Sequence record: NC_055712.1
Origin: Escherichia phage phT4A
Reading direction: 5' to 3' (one strand)
DNA length: 64,000 nt
Part shown: in pieces, positions 47,179 to 57,508 of the stretch
How the letters are laid out: each line of letters starts with the position of its first letter
Position numbering within the stretch: position 1 is the stretch's first letter
Notes under the pieces: generated by a model
The model's input: the letters and a program-made list of their open reading frames with translations, nothing else
Told to the model about the DNA's origin: nothing
The model's database searches: none
Translations under genes and position numbers: made by a program

Positions 47179-47693
47179 AAAGCGCTGATAACCTAAAAAA
47201 AGAAATTGAAGGAATCAAGAAATTATTGCATTATATCGATGTTGATATAGAGACTGGAATATGTACTTGGAAAAGACCCAGAAAATCTATAAATGTTGGT
47301 GATGTTGCTGGATGTAAGAAAGAAAAATATCATGTTATTTGTTTCGATTATAGGTTGTATAGACGACACAGGATTGTGTTCTATTTTGCTAAAGGTTACT
47401 TACCTCAAGTAGTAGACCACATTCATGGTGTTGAACATGGCGACGGTATTGATAATTTACAAGAGGCATCGCAAAGACAAAACGTTATTAAAAAGAAAGG
47501 ACAGAAAAACAACAAAAGTGGTTATCGAGGGGTGTGTTGGTCGTCTCGTGCTGAAAAGTATCGAGCAACTATAGGTATTGATGGAAAACAAATACATTTA
47601 GGATATTTCGATACTCCAGAAGAAGCAAGTAAAGCATATCATCAAAAAGCGAAAGAAACTTTTGGTGATTTTTATAATCCATTGGTTAAATGA
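47175..47693 (+). CDS. HNH endonuclease with AP2 domain (freestanding homing endonuclease)
   Basis: VVDHIHGVEHGDGIDNLQ HNH core; YRGVCWSSRAEKYRATIGIDGKQIHLGYFDTPEEASKAY AP2-like. Confidence 0.8.
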   Translation: MKSADNLKKEIEGIKKLLHYIDVDIETGICTWKRPRKSINVGDVAGCKKEKYHVICFDYRLYRRHRIVFYFAKGYLPQVVDHIHGVEHGDGIDNLQEASQRQNVIKKKGQKNNKSGYRGVCWSSRAEKYRATIGIDGKQIHLGYFDTPEEASKAYHQKAKETFGDFYNPLVK

Positions 47694-47701
47694 GATCTGT
47701 T

Positions 47702-47965
47702 ATGAGTGAAAAAGAAAGAGTAGAATGCGTGTTCCTGTTCAAAGGCGCGATTAATCCATTAGCGTTACTGTATGCGCAACATGCATTACGTTCAACGTTG
47801 ATTCAGAGTGTTATCTATAAAGCAGGTGTGTATTATGTTACCATCGGCGCAAATAACATGGTTGTTATTGAATCCTATGTTAAGGAATGTGCATCAAACG
47901 GCGTTGTCTTTGATAAAGTCGATTTTGATGCAGGGGTAGATGCTGTTTATATGTATAAGGGTTGA
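47702..47965 (+). CDS. hypothetical protein
   Basis: ORF. Confidence 0.4.
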   Translation: MSEKERVECVFLFKGAINPLALLYAQHALRSTLIQSVIYKAGVYYVTIGANNMVVIESYVKECASNGVVFDKVDFDAGVDAVYMYKG

Positions 47966-47966
47966 T

Positions 47967-48188
47967 ATGAGTTACGTAGTTTATTTCGATTGTTCGGATC
48001 TCGATCCGTTCGTGCTTCAACAGGCAAAGAAATATCATCAAGATGTCGTTGGCATTGGTGTAACAAATGATGATATGTTGTGCATCGAATTTGAATATTA
48101 TCGGACATTTGAGCGTGAACAATTCCTGGGTGAATTGAATGCATTCAAAAGTACCCTTTTCTTTGATCGTTATGAGGTTATATCTTGA
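47967..48188 (+). CDS. hypothetical protein
   Basis: ORF. Confidence 0.4.
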   Translation: MSYVVYFDCSDLDPFVLQQAKKYHQDVVGIGVTNDDMLCIEFEYYRTFEREQFLGELNAFKSTLFFDRYEVIS

Positions 48189-48799
48189 AACCTGTTATTC
48201 TTACCGATATTGACGGGATCGCCGTAAAATGGCAGTCGGGGTTGCCTTTCTTTTTGTCTAAGCACAACATGCCTACTGATATTGCATTGGAAATGGTTAC
48301 GGATGAAAAATTTCGTGATATGACCGAAATCTTCGGATGTGATCAGCAGTTGGCTAAAATCCTTATGGAAGAATACAATAACAGTTCTTTCATTCGTTAT
48401 CTGAATGCGTATGATGATGCATTGATTGTGATCAACCGTCTGAAAACGCAGTATGATTTCGTTGCCGTTACCGCTCTGGGAACAACACCAACGGCAAGCC
48501 TTAACCGAATTGCTAACCTGAATACTCTTTTCCCGTCTGCGTTTAAAGAGGTGATGGTCGTGGGCCACGGTGAAACAAAAACTCATCGTTACCTGGAAGC
48601 AAAAGCAAAGTATGGTAATCGTCTGGTTTGCTTTGTTGATGATCTCGCGATAAACTTAAACGAATGTCATAACGTCATTAGTCAGTTGCCGTTATTCCAT
48701 ATGTTACGTGGTGAACGTGAAGAAACAAATGCACCTCACCAGTTAGTAAAATCGTGGTTTGAAATTGAAGAGAAACTAAATGATCTTGTCAATCCTTAA
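48185..48799 (+). CDS. HAD-superfamily hydrolase-like protein (putative nucleotidase/phosphatase)
   Basis: N-terminal ILTDIDGI (DxD HAD motif I); TTG start. Confidence 0.45.
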   Translation: MKPVILTDIDGIAVKWQSGLPFFLSKHNMPTDIALEMVTDEKFRDMTEIFGCDQQLAKILMEEYNNSSFIRYLNAYDDALIVINRLKTQYDFVAVTALGTTPTASLNRIANLNTLFPSAFKEVMVVGHGETKTHRYLEAKAKYGNRLVCFVDDLAINLNECHNVISQLPLFHMLRGEREETNAPHQLVKSWFEIEEKLNDLVNP

Positions 48800-50309
48800 T
48801 GAACTTGCGTCTACTCTGAAAACCAAAGAGAAAGAAGCAATTTTAAAACGTAATGCCGATAATGAATTATTGAAAGAAGTTTTCCGCATTACGTATACAA
48901 AACAGATTATGTTTTATGTGCGTCAATTTCCTCTGGTAGAAGGGAAACCAGGCACAACACCGCTTTCCGATGCAATCAAAGCATTGCTGGAAGATTTAGC
49001 AAGCCGGAAATATACAGGCAATGCAGCGCGTGATCGTTTACTGGATATTGTATCATCAGTGAACATTAACGATCGTGAAGTGCTACGCCGTATCATTAAC
49101 CGCGATCTGGAATGTGGTGCTGGCACAACCTTACCAAACAGGGTATGGAAGAAACTCATTCCTGAACAGCCTCAATGCCTCGCTACGCCGTTTAGTGAAA
49201 AGGCTTTACGTCGCATCATTTTCCCTGCTTACTCGCAGCTTAAAGCCGATGGTGCGCGTTGTATGGCTGATTTGTTGGAAGCATTAAACCGTAAAGTATC
49301 GAGGGCGGGTAACGAGTACGAAGGGTTAACCCAACTTGATATCGATCTGAAAAAGATTCGCGATTATCTGGGATATGATGTAGTTCTGGATGGAGAATTG
49401 ATTTATGTTCCTTCCGGAACCGTACCAACATTACCTGAACCTGAAACAGACATGCCTTTTTCTTTATCTGCTTTCATGGACGATGATGATAACGACATTG
49501 CGTTATTTGCGGAAGAAGTTCGCAAAGTATCGACCCCAGAAGAAGAACAGGCCGAAGCAAAACGCGAAGAAGGGAACGGGATCGTAAACAAATCTCTGAA
49601 AGGGACGATCACCGAAGAAGAACAGCGAAACATTGTTTATGTTGTTTGGGATATTATTCCATATGAGGTGTATTACGGCGAAGCTGAAAGTGTTCAGACT
49701 TATGATGAACGGTTTAGCCTGTTGCGTGATATCCTCCTGGATCTTTCTCTGCCTTCTGTTCGTTTGATTCAGTCTAAGCTGGTTAATAACATTGCAGAAG
49801 CGAAACAGGACTATAACAATTACCGCAATGACGGTAAAGAAGGTTCTATTCTCAAAAACAGAAACTTCAAATGGAAAGATTCGCGAGTAGCCGATCAGGT
49901 TAAGCTGAAAAACAAAACCCCGATTGAACTACGGATCATTGATATCTACGCGCACACTAAAGAAGACCATAAGGTCGGCGGGTTTGTGGTGGAAGATTTA
50001 TCCGGAATGGCTCGAACGAATACCGGATCTGGGTTAACTGATACCGATTATCGTTACGATGATGATGGTATTACCCGTGTATACATTCCATTAGATGAAC
50101 GTGGTGAACTGGATCGCGAATACATCATGGCGCATAAAGATGAATACATTGGGGCCATTGTAGAAATGGAAGTTGACGGCCTCCAGAAGTCGAAAACGCG
50201 TAAGAAAGGGGAACCGGAATACAGTTTCTTCCTTCCTATTATCAAGAAGATAAGACGCGATAAGACCGAACCCGACGATATTCATGTTGTCTTTGCAGAT
50301 CTATTTTGA
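48780..50309 (+). CDS. 30: ATP-dependent DNA ligase (gp30)
   Basis: 509 aa; adenylation motif KADGAR; collinear with recalled T4 ligase. Confidence 0.9.
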   Translation: MILSILNELASTLKTKEKEAILKRNADNELLKEVFRITYTKQIMFYVRQFPLVEGKPGTTPLSDAIKALLEDLASRKYTGNAARDRLLDIVSSVNINDREVLRRIINRDLECGAGTTLPNRVWKKLIPEQPQCLATPFSEKALRRIIFPAYSQLKADGARCMADLLEALNRKVSRAGNEYEGLTQLDIDLKKIRDYLGYDVVLDGELIYVPSGTVPTLPEPETDMPFSLSAFMDDDDNDIALFAEEVRKVSTPEEEQAEAKREEGNGIVNKSLKGTITEEEQRNIVYVVWDIIPYEVYYGEAESVQTYDERFSLLRDILLDLSLPSVRLIQSKLVNNIAEAKQDYNNYRNDGKEGSILKNRNFKWKDSRVADQVKLKNKTPIELRIIDIYAHTKEDHKVGGFVVEDLSGMARTNTGSGLTDTDYRYDDDGITRVYIPLDERGELDREYIMAHKDEYIGAIVEMEVDGLQKSKTRKKGEPEYSFFLPIIKKIRRDKTEPDDIHVVFADLF

Positions 50310-50310
50310 T

Positions 50311-50385
50311 AAAAAGCCCTTGACTCCGGTCGGGGGCTTTGTTATATTGGGCCTATCGAAACGTAAATCACTAAGAGAATATATT
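50311..50385 (+). repeat. promoter-stem-loop cassette, family S (hairpin with TTGACT, TATATT, ATCGAAACG)
   Basis: aaaagcccTTGACTccggtcgggggctttgtTATATTgggcctATCGAAACG. Confidence 0.6.
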
Positions 50386-50955
50386 ATGACTAGTAGTTAT
50401 CAGAAACACAAAACCCTTATGGCAAACCTGTCCGGTAAACATATCGACGAAGTAAAATCTCTGCTGACAGTAACCGAAGGTTCCCGTTTTGACACAAATC
50501 ACATTATCAAACCTTCTGTGAAGAAAGTACTGAAAGTGATTTACCGACATCCGGTGTATCAGTGCGTTCATATCATGAACAGCAACGCATTTATTTTCGT
50601 ATATAACGAATCCGATGATAAGTGTGTTGGTATTTTCCGAAAACCTAACTTTGAATGCATGAGCGAAGCGGCTGTTGCAACCCCGATCGTTGAAGAATAT
50701 CCGGATTATGTTCAACGCAACATGCGTTATGTGCAATCCCGACTTGATTATGCATACGATTTCAATTCTGACGCGGTAGAAGCGCTGGCGGATATCCTTT
50801 GCAAAAACCAGAAAGATCGTCAAATGACAAAATATCTGACTGACCCAACACCGTCAACAATCCGAATTTCTGTCGAAGTTCCGTTTGAAAATCATTTCAT
50901 GGCGGTTGAAGCACTTGCTAAACTTGGTTTAGAAGTGAAAACAGAAGCCGTTTAA
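50386..50955 (+). CDS. hypothetical protein
   Basis: Start at MTSSYQ with SD; 189 aa. Confidence 0.5.
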   Translation: MTSSYQKHKTLMANLSGKHIDEVKSLLTVTEGSRFDTNHIIKPSVKKVLKVIYRHPVYQCVHIMNSNAFIFVYNESDDKCVGIFRKPNFECMSEAAVATPIVEEYPDYVQRNMRYVQSRLDYAYDFNSDAVEALADILCKNQKDRQMTKYLTDPTPSTIRISVEVPFENHFMAVEALAKLGLEVKTEAV

Positions 50956-50960
50956 TAGCA

Positions 50961-51046
50961 CTTTTTGTTAAAGAAGCCTCTTGCAATGCAGGGGGCTTTT
51001 TTGTATAGTGTGTTCATCGAAACGAAACAGACAAAAGGAACATCAC
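50961..51046 (+). repeat. promoter-stem-loop cassette, family R (copy 1 of 2)
   Basis: Hairpin containing TTGCAA, TATAGT -10, ATCGAAACGAAAC leader, SD; ~85% identical to 5148-5228 reverse strand. Confidence 0.6.
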
Positions 51047-51337
51047 ATGAACTTCATCGATATCAACAAAGATTTGGAAGGTAAAAACATCAAACTCGTT
51101 AACCGTGAAATGTTAGAGAGTCTTGGTAACGGTGGCGAAAAATTCAGTGAAGAATTCTATAACAATTTATCGTTGATGACGGTCAAGCGCGTTGATGTTC
51201 AGGGTGGTTCTGGTTGGGTTTCTGCAATTCCGGTTTCCCTTGTAGATCAAGCAACATATGACCCAGTTGCGGATTCATGGGATCTGGAAATGCCGTTGGT
51301 ATTCGAAGAAGTCATGAAGTGTTACGAAATCGCATAA
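51047..51337 (+). CDS. hypothetical protein
   Basis: 96 aa; start at MNFIDINK. Confidence 0.5.
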   Translation: MNFIDINKDLEGKNIKLVNREMLESLGNGGEKFSEEFYNNLSLMTVKRVDVQGGSGWVSAIPVSLVDQATYDPVADSWDLEMPLVFEEVMKCYEIA

Positions 51338-51347
51338 GGGTATTATT

Positions 51348-51659
51348 ATGAATAGCGGAAAATTACAAATGAAAGTTAGCGAAGAAGAAGTTAAAGAGCG
51401 GTTATCGGTAGCAAGAAGATTCCTTGAATCTATCGACCCTGATAAACTTGGAAAATGCCCTGATACGATTTGCCTTAATTGTGGGCGTTCTGTTCTTGTT
51501 GGTAAGTGTTGCGATAATCCAAATATAGTTGTGATGGAAAAGGAACAAGTATCCCCCGAAACATGGGATCAGATCCAGGAAATCATTAAAAACCCTCCAG
51601 CGCCAACTAAGAAATTACGTGAATTGATGACAAGGAAAATGAAATATGAGCAAATTTAA
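51348..51659 (+). CDS. hypothetical Cys-rich protein
   Basis: CPDTICLNCG...CC. Confidence 0.5.
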   Translation: MNSGKLQMKVSEEEVKERLSVARRFLESIDPDKLGKCPDTICLNCGRSVLVGKCCDNPNIVVMEKEQVSPETWDQIQEIIKNPPAPTKKLRELMTRKMKYEQI

Positions 51660-52023
51660 ATTGAGTGCAACCGTTCGCCTTATTCGTTGGAATGGTGAAG
51701 AGATCCGTTATGATGACCCCGAATTCGCCCATGAAATTCTTTCGCATCGTTTGGGATTGAAAAACGCGTCATTGGTTCAAACTGTTAAAACATCAGCAGA
51801 GCCGGAAATTTGGCGTTGTGTTATTCTGGATCTCGATAACAACATTGATTATGATGATCCTAAGAACTATCCTCTTCTGGAAGCACAAGTTGAGAATGCT
51901 CCAGAAGACAGACAGTGTTTTTTGGTTGAGTTACCACGCGAACATTACGAAAACATCATAAAGGCCCGTAAAAAGGTCAATAACAATGTTTTCGATCTCC
52001 ACCTCGGATTGTTTGAGGATTAA
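51646..52023 (+). CDS. hypothetical protein
   Basis: 125 aa ORF. Confidence 0.5.
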   Translation: MSKFKLSATVRLIRWNGEEIRYDDPEFAHEILSHRLGLKNASLVQTVKTSAEPEIWRCVILDLDNNIDYDDPKNYPLLEAQVENAPEDRQCFLVELPREHYENIIKARKKVNNNVFDLHLGLFED

Positions 52024-53129
52024 GTACTGCTAGTTGTGTTCGTAGTAGCGGCGCTGGTAGGTTCCCCCACCTGTATACATTCAAGTGTTTGCAGGTGGAA
52101 ATCTTTTGATACGTCTCGAACACATTCAACGATCAGATATTTTCCTGCATACTCTTCCCCAAATACCTCAATGATTGCCCCTACCTTAACATCTAAACGA
52201 CCCTGCTTTATATCGAATCGGATCCGGCGTTCATAGCTGGATAACAATTGCATTTTAGACGCCTGGAAAGGTTTACCTTCTGAATCTGGGTTCTGAAAGT
52301 TGGTATCATAGATTGCATTACGGTTTGTGAAGATCCATGTATTTTCTGTGTCTGTATCAGCCAGTATGTCACCGTACATCTTTTTATCAGTCAATGACAG
52401 ACTAAAGAAACTGGCATCTTTAAACAGCGTTGTGTTATCCTTATGGGTAATATACTGGGCTTCTGTGAATATGACAGTATCACCAACAAACACGTTATCA
52501 ACGTTAAATTTGTATGCTGGGATCGGTGTCTGGGCCAGAATGTCAGTTGAACTTTTAAGGAAAATACCGGAACCATCTTCCCACAGATAACAGAAGTCAG
52601 AAGAAACTACACTTTGCCCGTTGTCCCTGATATAATCAAATATATCCTGATATGTACCATTTAGACATCCAGGAGGGATACGTATGTTACCGCCGTCAAC
52701 TTCGGGGGTAAGTAGTTTCATTTTGCTATACAGTGCCGTCATACACTCTGTAATCGTCTGTACGGCGTTGTTACTAAATGAACGGGCAAACTTACGTCTG
52801 AACGTTTTATGCAGCGGAGAGAGGTTCATACGCAGCACAGAACGGTTCTTATCGTCAGTATCTACGTTAGAGTAAAGCAATCCGTAATAATGTTGTTCCT
52901 GTGTACCGTTATACTGGAAAGATACCTGTATGATCGGCTGGATAAGTTGCTGATAGATTAACTGTGCGTCGTATATCTGCATCAGCGTTTCCGATGAGCC
53001 GTTAATCATCGTCTTTTCACTAAACGAGACAAGAGCGGGTAGCAATTCAGTATATGCGTTATCAATGTATTTTTCGTATGATGTATATAATTTAATCGAT
53101 GTGACTCGATTGACGATTTTTTCAGCCAT
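52020..53129 (-). CDS. hypothetical late-region protein (possibly baseplate hub, gp27-like)
   Basis: 369 aa; Ser/Thr-rich C-tail; adjacent to baseplate genes; identity not verified. Confidence 0.4.
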   Translation of the reverse strand: MAEKIVNRVTSIKLYTSYEKYIDNAYTELLPALVSFSEKTMINGSSETLMQIYDAQLIYQQLIQPIIQVSFQYNGTQEQHYYGLLYSNVDTDDKNRSVLRMNLSPLHKTFRRKFARSFSNNAVQTITECMTALYSKMKLLTPEVDGGNIRIPPGCLNGTYQDIFDYIRDNGQSVVSSDFCYLWEDGSGIFLKSSTDILAQTPIPAYKFNVDNVFVGDTVIFTEAQYITHKDNTTLFKDASFFSLSLTDKKMYGDILADTDTENTWIFTNRNAIYDTNFQNPDSEGKPFQASKMQLLSSYERRIRFDIKQGRLDVKVGAIIEVFGEEYAGKYLIVECVRDVSKDFHLQTLECIQVGEPTSAATTNTTSST

Positions 53130-53171
53130 AAAAATCCCTCCTAATATATCCTATTTACTAAATAGTAAATA

Positions 53172-53774
53172 ATGACCCAGGTTCAATTTGAGGCAATAAT
53201 GAAAAATAAAACTCTTGATAAATTTATGACTACACGGCTTGAAATCAAGAAGACTAACGTTAAAACCGTTCATCTTCCGGATGGAACAGCCATTGAGATC
53301 CCTAAGATGTCGTATCGTCATTTTGTAAAGATTAAGACTCTGAAAGATGACCCAGTTGCGATCATGCGATTCATCATTGATGACATCAAACCGCGTGAAC
53401 TAACAGCAGCGGAAATTGAATTTGTGTTGATCCATATGTATGCACACAATAACGCTGATTATGCCAATACGCTTAAAGAAATTGGGCTAAATCTTGATGA
53501 CCTCAAAATCTCCGAACCTTGCTATGATTTTACGTTTGACAATGTGCGGTTAGTCTTTGACAAACCCAGCCTGTTAAATGCTCACCTTCCGTTCCTCATC
53601 AAAGAGGCATATGTTGACGGTAAGCCAGTAGAATTAACTGAGGATAAACGAGACGAATTAATTAATTGCCTGTACCGATTCGAATATGATCAGGTATCGC
53701 GTGGTGTCCTCCAGGAAGTATACATTATTCATGAGGGGAAAACCATCAAAGGGCTTAACATCATTGGTGAATGA
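53172..53774 (+). CDS. hypothetical protein preceding gp29-like gene (baseplate hub candidate)
   Basis: 200 aa; synteny with T4 27-28-29-48-54 cluster. Confidence 0.4.
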   Translation: MTQVQFEAIMKNKTLDKFMTTRLEIKKTNVKTVHLPDGTAIEIPKMSYRHFVKIKTLKDDPVAIMRFIIDDIKPRELTAAEIEFVLIHMYAHNNADYANTLKEIGLNLDDLKISEPCYDFTFDNVRLVFDKPSLLNAHLPFLIKEAYVDGKPVELTEDKRDELINCLYRFEYDQVSRGVLQEVYIIHEGKTIKGLNIIGE

Positions 53775-55551
53775 TAATGGCTAACTCTTATTTCAACGAA
53801 GAACAAAAGAAAAAGTTCTGAACAGAAACAGCAACAAACAACCAGCGGTCACCAAAGTAACAGCCTCCCTTGATGCTGAAAGCGCCCGTGACCTAAAGGA
53901 AATCAACGATAACACCCTTGAAAGTGCAATCAATACTCTTGATATCAAAGAAGGGTTGAAATCGTTCGAAGAAAAATTCCGTGACAAATTCGCGGGGTTC
54001 AAAGAACAATACGAAGAGGATAAAAAGGAATCATTAGCCGAACAACTACCTGATTTCGTCGGCCCGATCCGTCCTATATCCTTAACCGATGATAACTCAA
54101 AAACTGTTGACAATACAGTAAACGTTAACCAAAATGGTCAGTTCGGTAAACTGGAAGAAAACACCGAATCTATTTTTCATGCTATTAACAAACTTGTTGA
54201 TTTATATGAAAATACTGATAAGCATAAGCCGCTTCCTGAACCAGTGGAAGAACCTGATCCGTATGTAGACACTAAGAAAAAACGCATCAATGATGATGAT
54301 GACAAAAGAAGCAAAACTCTGGATAGTATTGCTAAAAGTCTGGTTTCTATTAAAGGTTTTACATCGCAGATCCTTAGCCGTTTCATTGGTTACTCTCTGG
54401 AAGCAATGGCAAAGTTTGCTAAATGGACGCTCCTTATTGGTTCGTTAATCTTTACATTCGATGTGTTGCGCGTCACAATACGCAAATGGTTCGAAGATAT
54501 CCTGAAAGAAGGGGAATCCTCAAAGAAACTATTTGGTACATATCTGGGTAACGTAAAGGCTATCGTAACAAAGATCGAAGAAGGTTTGAACAACTTCAAT
54601 ATGAACAACTTAGGCGAATCACTTCGTGATTTGTTCGTTGAGCCTATGAAGTTGTTGGGGCAAACTGTACAAACGGCAATCACTGAGGGTATCGGTCGTC
54701 TTATTCAATCATTGGGTGAATCAACTGGCATAGACAGCATTACCAATGCCGGACGCGGAATGCAGATCACCGCTTTACGTGATAAACAGAAATTTGGTCT
54801 TGAATTGACTAAAGAAGATATTCTTATGATCAAGAAACAGGAACTAGAAGACCAAAAAGCGGCATTAGAAAAAGAAGATAAAGCTATTGCAGCACGTCAT
54901 GCATTAACAATAACTCCTTCTCAAATTCCTAATGGTTCTATCTATAAAGTTGCTCCTACTGATTATCAAGAAAGAAATCAGAAAACCGTAGATGCTGATA
55001 AAGAACGGCTTGATAATATGAAGAAAGCAACGGAAGAAATGCAGAAACAATACGATTTAGCTAAAAGCAGCGAAGAGGAAGCACAAAAATTAGCCGATGA
55101 GGAAAACAAACGCAACCGCGCACGTATAGAAGAAGCAAAAAGGTTAGAACAAGCGAGGAAGGAAGGAAAACAGCCGCCAGAAGGTGAAGAGAAAAAGGGT
55201 GATGATCTGTTGGGTAAAGCAACCAACTATGCTAACTCTGAAAATCTGGATGCAGCCGATATCAAATACATTAACGATGAACTGTTGGATCAGCTTGAAA
55301 AACGTCGTAATGAAGGCAATCTGGACGATGTACAGAAGGATAGAATCTCTGACCTTATCGAGAAATTGCAAAACAAGATTGCAGCCCGTACAGAATCCAG
55401 CGCCCCGATCGACGCACAGCCACCGTTAGCAGCAAATAAACCGGATGCTGATAAAGCAAGCAACATTCAGGTTAACAACAAAACTGTTAACAACAACGTA
55501 ACTCATTCAGTACAACGCACAGAGCATAAACCGCTCGTAGCGCTGGCATAA
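53771..55551 (+). CDS. 29: baseplate hub / tail-length protein (gp29-like), apparent frameshift near the 5' end
   Basis: ATG 53771 opens a 16-codon frame ending 53819-53821; long frame (open from 53785, first start TTG 53956) encodes a coiled-coil-rich protein; junction in A-runs 53805-53814. Confidence 0.55.
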
Positions 55552-55561
55552 GGAACATATA

Positions 55562-56635
55562 ATGAAGTTTTCTATTATTGATGACAGTATAAACACTCTC
55601 AAAAATATTAAAAATCGCGGTATCCCCTCTGGGGGTGCCGCAATCACAGAATCAGTATTAAAGCAAACTATCGTTACCGCCGAATTTCCGGCCCAACGTG
55701 CAGCAGGTATCGATAACGCTTATAATGCTTCGAGTCTGTATAATAACGGCCTTCTGTTCACTGCATATGATTTTAATGGTGTTGGTAGTAAAGACAACTA
55801 TCGTTCATTACGTCAGGCAGCACAGAACCCAAAACAAATACTATCATCTGCGACGGGTAATGTTAAGTACAAACAAGTGTTGAATAGTTCTATTGGTACT
55901 ATGGAACCTGTTTGCCAGATCCTGCTACCGCGAAGCCTGAACGATAACGAAGTAAACAGCCACCGCTATCAAGATGCAAACGATAGTTTCTTAACCAAAG
56001 GGTTGAGCCGTGTTGTTTCAAACATGGTATGGGGCGCTGTAGAATCCGTTTCAGGCGGTATTATGGCAGACCGAAGAGAAGCCCTTGATGTTGGTACTAA
56101 AGCCGCTTTCCAGGGTTCTGACAAGCGAACAAAGATGTATTACAATACATTCGTGATTGAAAGCCGTAATGATTTGCTGGAACTGATTAAAATCTACTAT
56201 CTGTTTACTGTTCTGGGATATGGCACAACTTCTGGCGGTACTGCTAAAGAGGTTGCTGCATTGGTTAAACAGTATTACGGTGTTCTGGGTGCTAAAACCG
56301 CTAACGCAATTAGCCCTTCCAGTAACCCAGTAACAGCGTCAGATTTTGATAATAGTCTGGGTAATGACGTGGTTGATTTCATTTCAAACGTAGAGGTTAT
56401 TAAATCGCCTCCTGTCTGGTTTATTCGTGATTTCCAGTCTGGGGATTCCTTGCGTTTACCTCATTCAACCTTTGGGCCAGCAGGTATTACCAGTGTTCGC
56501 TTTGGTCGTTCTATTGATAATATTGTAAATACATTAAGAGAATCACCAAATACCCCGATCTCACTTGAGGTCGAAATTCAATTTATGGAACTGATCGATA
56601 TGCGTCAGGATTCTATTTTTGATACAAATTACTAA
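55562..56635 (+). CDS. 48: baseplate tail-tube junction protein (gp48-like)
   Basis: 357 aa; position between gp29-like and gp54. Confidence 0.6.
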   Translation: MKFSIIDDSINTLKNIKNRGIPSGGAAITESVLKQTIVTAEFPAQRAAGIDNAYNASSLYNNGLLFTAYDFNGVGSKDNYRSLRQAAQNPKQILSSATGNVKYKQVLNSSIGTMEPVCQILLPRSLNDNEVNSHRYQDANDSFLTKGLSRVVSNMVWGAVESVSGGIMADRREALDVGTKAAFQGSDKRTKMYYNTFVIESRNDLLELIKIYYLFTVLGYGTTSGGTAKEVAALVKQYYGVLGAKTANAISPSSNPVTASDFDNSLGNDVVDFISNVEVIKSPPVWFIRDFQSGDSLRLPHSTFGPAGITSVRFGRSIDNIVNTLRESPNTPISLEVEIQFMELIDMRQDSIFDTNY

Positions 56636-56641
56636 GGAGAT

Positions 56642-57508
56642 ATGATGTTTTACAACGTAGATGAATTTTTATCAGGTATGGCTAATCGCGATTTTCAGCG
56701 TAGCAACCTGTTTAGCGTTGTATTTGCAACCAGCCCTGCATCACGTATCCTTGACAACACGATCGGTAGTATTCGAGATACTTTGATTGATGGATCTATT
56801 AGTTCTATCAACGCGAACAACCCGAACGAATTCATTAATGCTATCACTGGCGGTGTGAGTAAATTGTTTAGTTACACCGTTGATAAGGCGATTATGTCGC
56901 TGAACAAAACAGGATTTAGCAAAATCATCGGGGCAATTAGCCCCCGTTTGATTACTTCCCTGTTTGGTGATAGCATGTATGGACAACTGCTATCTGAATT
57001 CCGTGATGAAATGATGTATAATATGGGTTTAAGCATTATGGGAGTTAACCTCCCTGGTAAATCCATTGGGTACGAATACGTTTATAATGGTGGCGTACCT
57101 CAAATCAGATTCACTCGCCCTGAGAATGGGGAATTGTCATTGACGTTCCGCACCGATTCAGAAGCCCGTAACCTGAAAATCTTTAACGAATGGATTTCCG
57201 CTATTCGCGATGATGTAACAGGACAATACGCCTTCATTGATGAAGTGACAAGTACTATTCAGGTTAACTTACACGATCGTGATGGTTCACCGCATACAAC
57301 ATACGTATTTCAGAAGTGCTTGCCCGTCAAAATCAGTAACAGTGAATTGAGCTATGAGAACAACAACGAAATCTGGACATTTACTGTTGATTTTGCCTAT
57401 AAAACATCATGGGTTGTCGAGGCTGATAAAGAAGGCTGGGAAGGGTTCAAACAATCCGTAGAGGAAGGTTTAGCCATTGCAGCACGTACCGCAATTACAG
57501 GACAATAA
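56642..57508 (+). CDS. 54: baseplate tail-tube initiator (gp54)
   Basis: RDFQRSNLFSVVFAT, IQVNLHDRDGSPHT, FTVDFAYK resemble T4 gp54. Confidence 0.75.
   Translation: MMFYNVDEFLSGMANRDFQRSNLFSVVFATSPASRILDNTIGSIRDTLIDGSISSINANNPNEFINAITGGVSKLFSYTVDKAIMSLNKTGFSKIIGAISPRLITSLFGDSMYGQLLSEFRDEMMYNMGLSIMGVNLPGKSIGYEYVYNGGVPQIRFTRPENGELSLTFRTDSEARNLKIFNEWISAIRDDVTGQYAFIDEVTSTIQVNLHDRDGSPHTTYVFQKCLPVKISNSELSYENNNEIWTFTVDFAYKTSWVVEADKEGWEGFKQSVEEGLAIAARTAITGQ

Noticed and set aside
50371-50823. 150-aa minus-strand ORF
   Set aside because: Antisense to the plus-strand gene 50386-50955, which has a promoter cassette and SD; translation looks non-protein-like.
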